From Glaucostegus cemiculus (lineage: Eukaryota), in the NCBI GenBank assembly GCA_976551045.1, contig CDPCPM010000001.1, positions 2,232,001 through 2,296,000 of the forward strand: a stretch of DNA of 64,000 bases, read 5' to 3'. Below the pieces are notes generated by a model. The model was not told the DNA's origin. It was given only the letters and a program-made list of their open reading frames with translations, and did no database searches. The position numbers and the translations under genes were made by a program. Position 1 is the first letter of the stretch, and every line of letters begins with the position of its first letter. Positions 62,857 through 64,000 of this stretch are shown here, one piece after another.

Positions 62857-62946
62857 CTGCGCGTTTCCTTGATGTGGAGGTCACTACATCTCCTCTGCCG
62901 GCACCTTCAGCCATGATGGTGACAGGTGGACCAAGATTCCGGTGCT
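62857..62946 (-). pseudogene. NLR-B start-codon exon (90 bp)
   Basis: atccag|EHRNLGPPVTIMAEGAGRGDVVTSTSRKRA G|gtttgt; ATG at 62914 in the strong context ATCATGG. Confidence 0.75.
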
Positions 62947-63099
62947 CTGGATCAAACACTATCAACAGGAGCATTAGCCGGTAATAAAGAGGAGTAGGGA
63001 AGCATTGCCTTGTGAAACAATAGACACACTGTCTGATCCAACGGACCAGGTCCTCCCCGCATCGCACACTGCCCATCCCATCGCGTGTCACTCATTTCC

Positions 63100-64000
63100 T
63101 GAGCACCGACAGCCCTGTGACCCGGGGTAGGGAGGGACGGACACAAACGGCCGGAGGGGGACGGACAGACACAGCCGGGGTGGATGACGGACAGTGGGAC
63201 GCAGGGACACCTGCAGTGACCCCGGATCCTTCCCACACCCCAAGGACTGGCGCTCGGGGCTGAAGCAACGGCTGCAAATGGTGAGTGGCGAGACTGGGGA
63301 AGGGCTTCACCAGGGCAGCGGGTCCGGCCTGTTGGGAGAAGCTGGAGGCTCTGGATGGGAATAAGCAGGGTAACGAGCGTGCGGGTCACTCTCCCCCGGG
63401 GGCCGGCATGGAGCCGATGGGCCGAGCGGACTCCTTGTTCCTCTCACAGATAGATCCGTCGACTCACCGGCTCCATGGGCAGGAAGCCGCTTTCCCCGTC
63501 GCTTAGGGAAACCGGTTCACAAACGGCCCCCGACCACCAACCCCCCAACGCCGGAGGGAAACGGGAATAAATGAAACAGCGGCGCATTCGCTCTGAGGTT
63601 TGTTCGGGTTTGACCGGGACTTTTTGGGAGGGAGCGAGAGGCGGGGTCTGGGGTGTTAACGTCCCCACGGCGGTCCCGCCTCTGCTATTGGGTTTAACAG
63701 GTGATTGATAACCCCCTCGCTCCAACGGGAACAAAGTATCCGGCGAGGCCTCTGTTAACAGTGGGAGGGTCGGGTGGCCGTTGGTGGCCGCGCGCTCGGC
63801 CGTTAAAACGTCTCCGCGCGTGCCGGGAAGCGCGTGGCTGACGTAAGACATGCGTGCGCGAGGCGTCGATGGGCGGAGCCTTGCGCTGGTGCACGAGAGC
63901 GATGGGGGGTGTGTGGGGTGAGTGACAGGGAACGGGGAGCGCGGCCCCCGCTCCCGGACGGTGCTGTCCGGCTCACCGAGTGAGTCACAGTTTCGATCCC
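63100..64000. promoter_or_regulatory. CpG island / probable promoter and 5' UTR exons of NLR-B
   Basis: High GC and CpG density; GC box GGGCGG, CRE-like TGACGTAA and NRF1-like TGCGTGCGC near 63820-63880; minus-strand donors CCG|GTGAGT (63468) and TCG|GTGAGC (~63977). Confidence 0.6.

Larger units (their letters stand above)
41142..62946 (-). pseudogene. NLR-B: paralogous NLR gene with truncated and disrupted NACHT exon
   Basis: Exons at 62857-62946, (57959-58242), 53150-53242, 52115-52281, 48029-48200, 47866-47931, 42561-~43935, 41717-41803, 41395-41562 and 41142-41229. Confidence 0.88.

Overview
Vertebrate genomic DNA. The NLR protein style and the repeat set (CR1, Penelope-like, Rex1/Babar, HE1/V-SINE) suggest a cartilaginous fish such as a ray or shark; this is inference. 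The window holds two tandem minus-strand paralogous NOD-like receptor genes: NLR-A at ~14174-27706 and NLR-B at ~41142-62946, with a CpG island at the right end. Their exon plan is short N-terminal exon(s), two death-fold/CARD-like exons (167 and 172 bp), a 66-bp linker exon, a large FISNA-like+NACHT exon and RI-type LRR exons (87 bp, 168 bp, terminal). Both look disabled as full-length receptors. NLR-A has a stop, frameshifts and altered splice sites. NLR-B has lost the 5' part of the NACHT exon including Walker A, but its N-terminal and LRR exons remain open with canonical splice sites. Both copies are followed by a conserved AATAAA, a 50-bp minisatellite and a long strand-skewed tract (G-rich on the gene sense strand), with different repeat expansions in each copy. 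The rest is mostly decayed retroelements, a Gypsy-like 3' LTR, a MITE, a tRNA-Gly pseudogene and VNTRs. The best candidates for follow-up are an SVA-like VNTR+Rex1-tail composite retroelement, a possible CARD-only product from NLR-B, an AT-AC intron in NLR-A, a duplicated symmetric exon and the G4-rich 3' module. All coordinates were read by eye, no database searches were run, and novelty is unverified.
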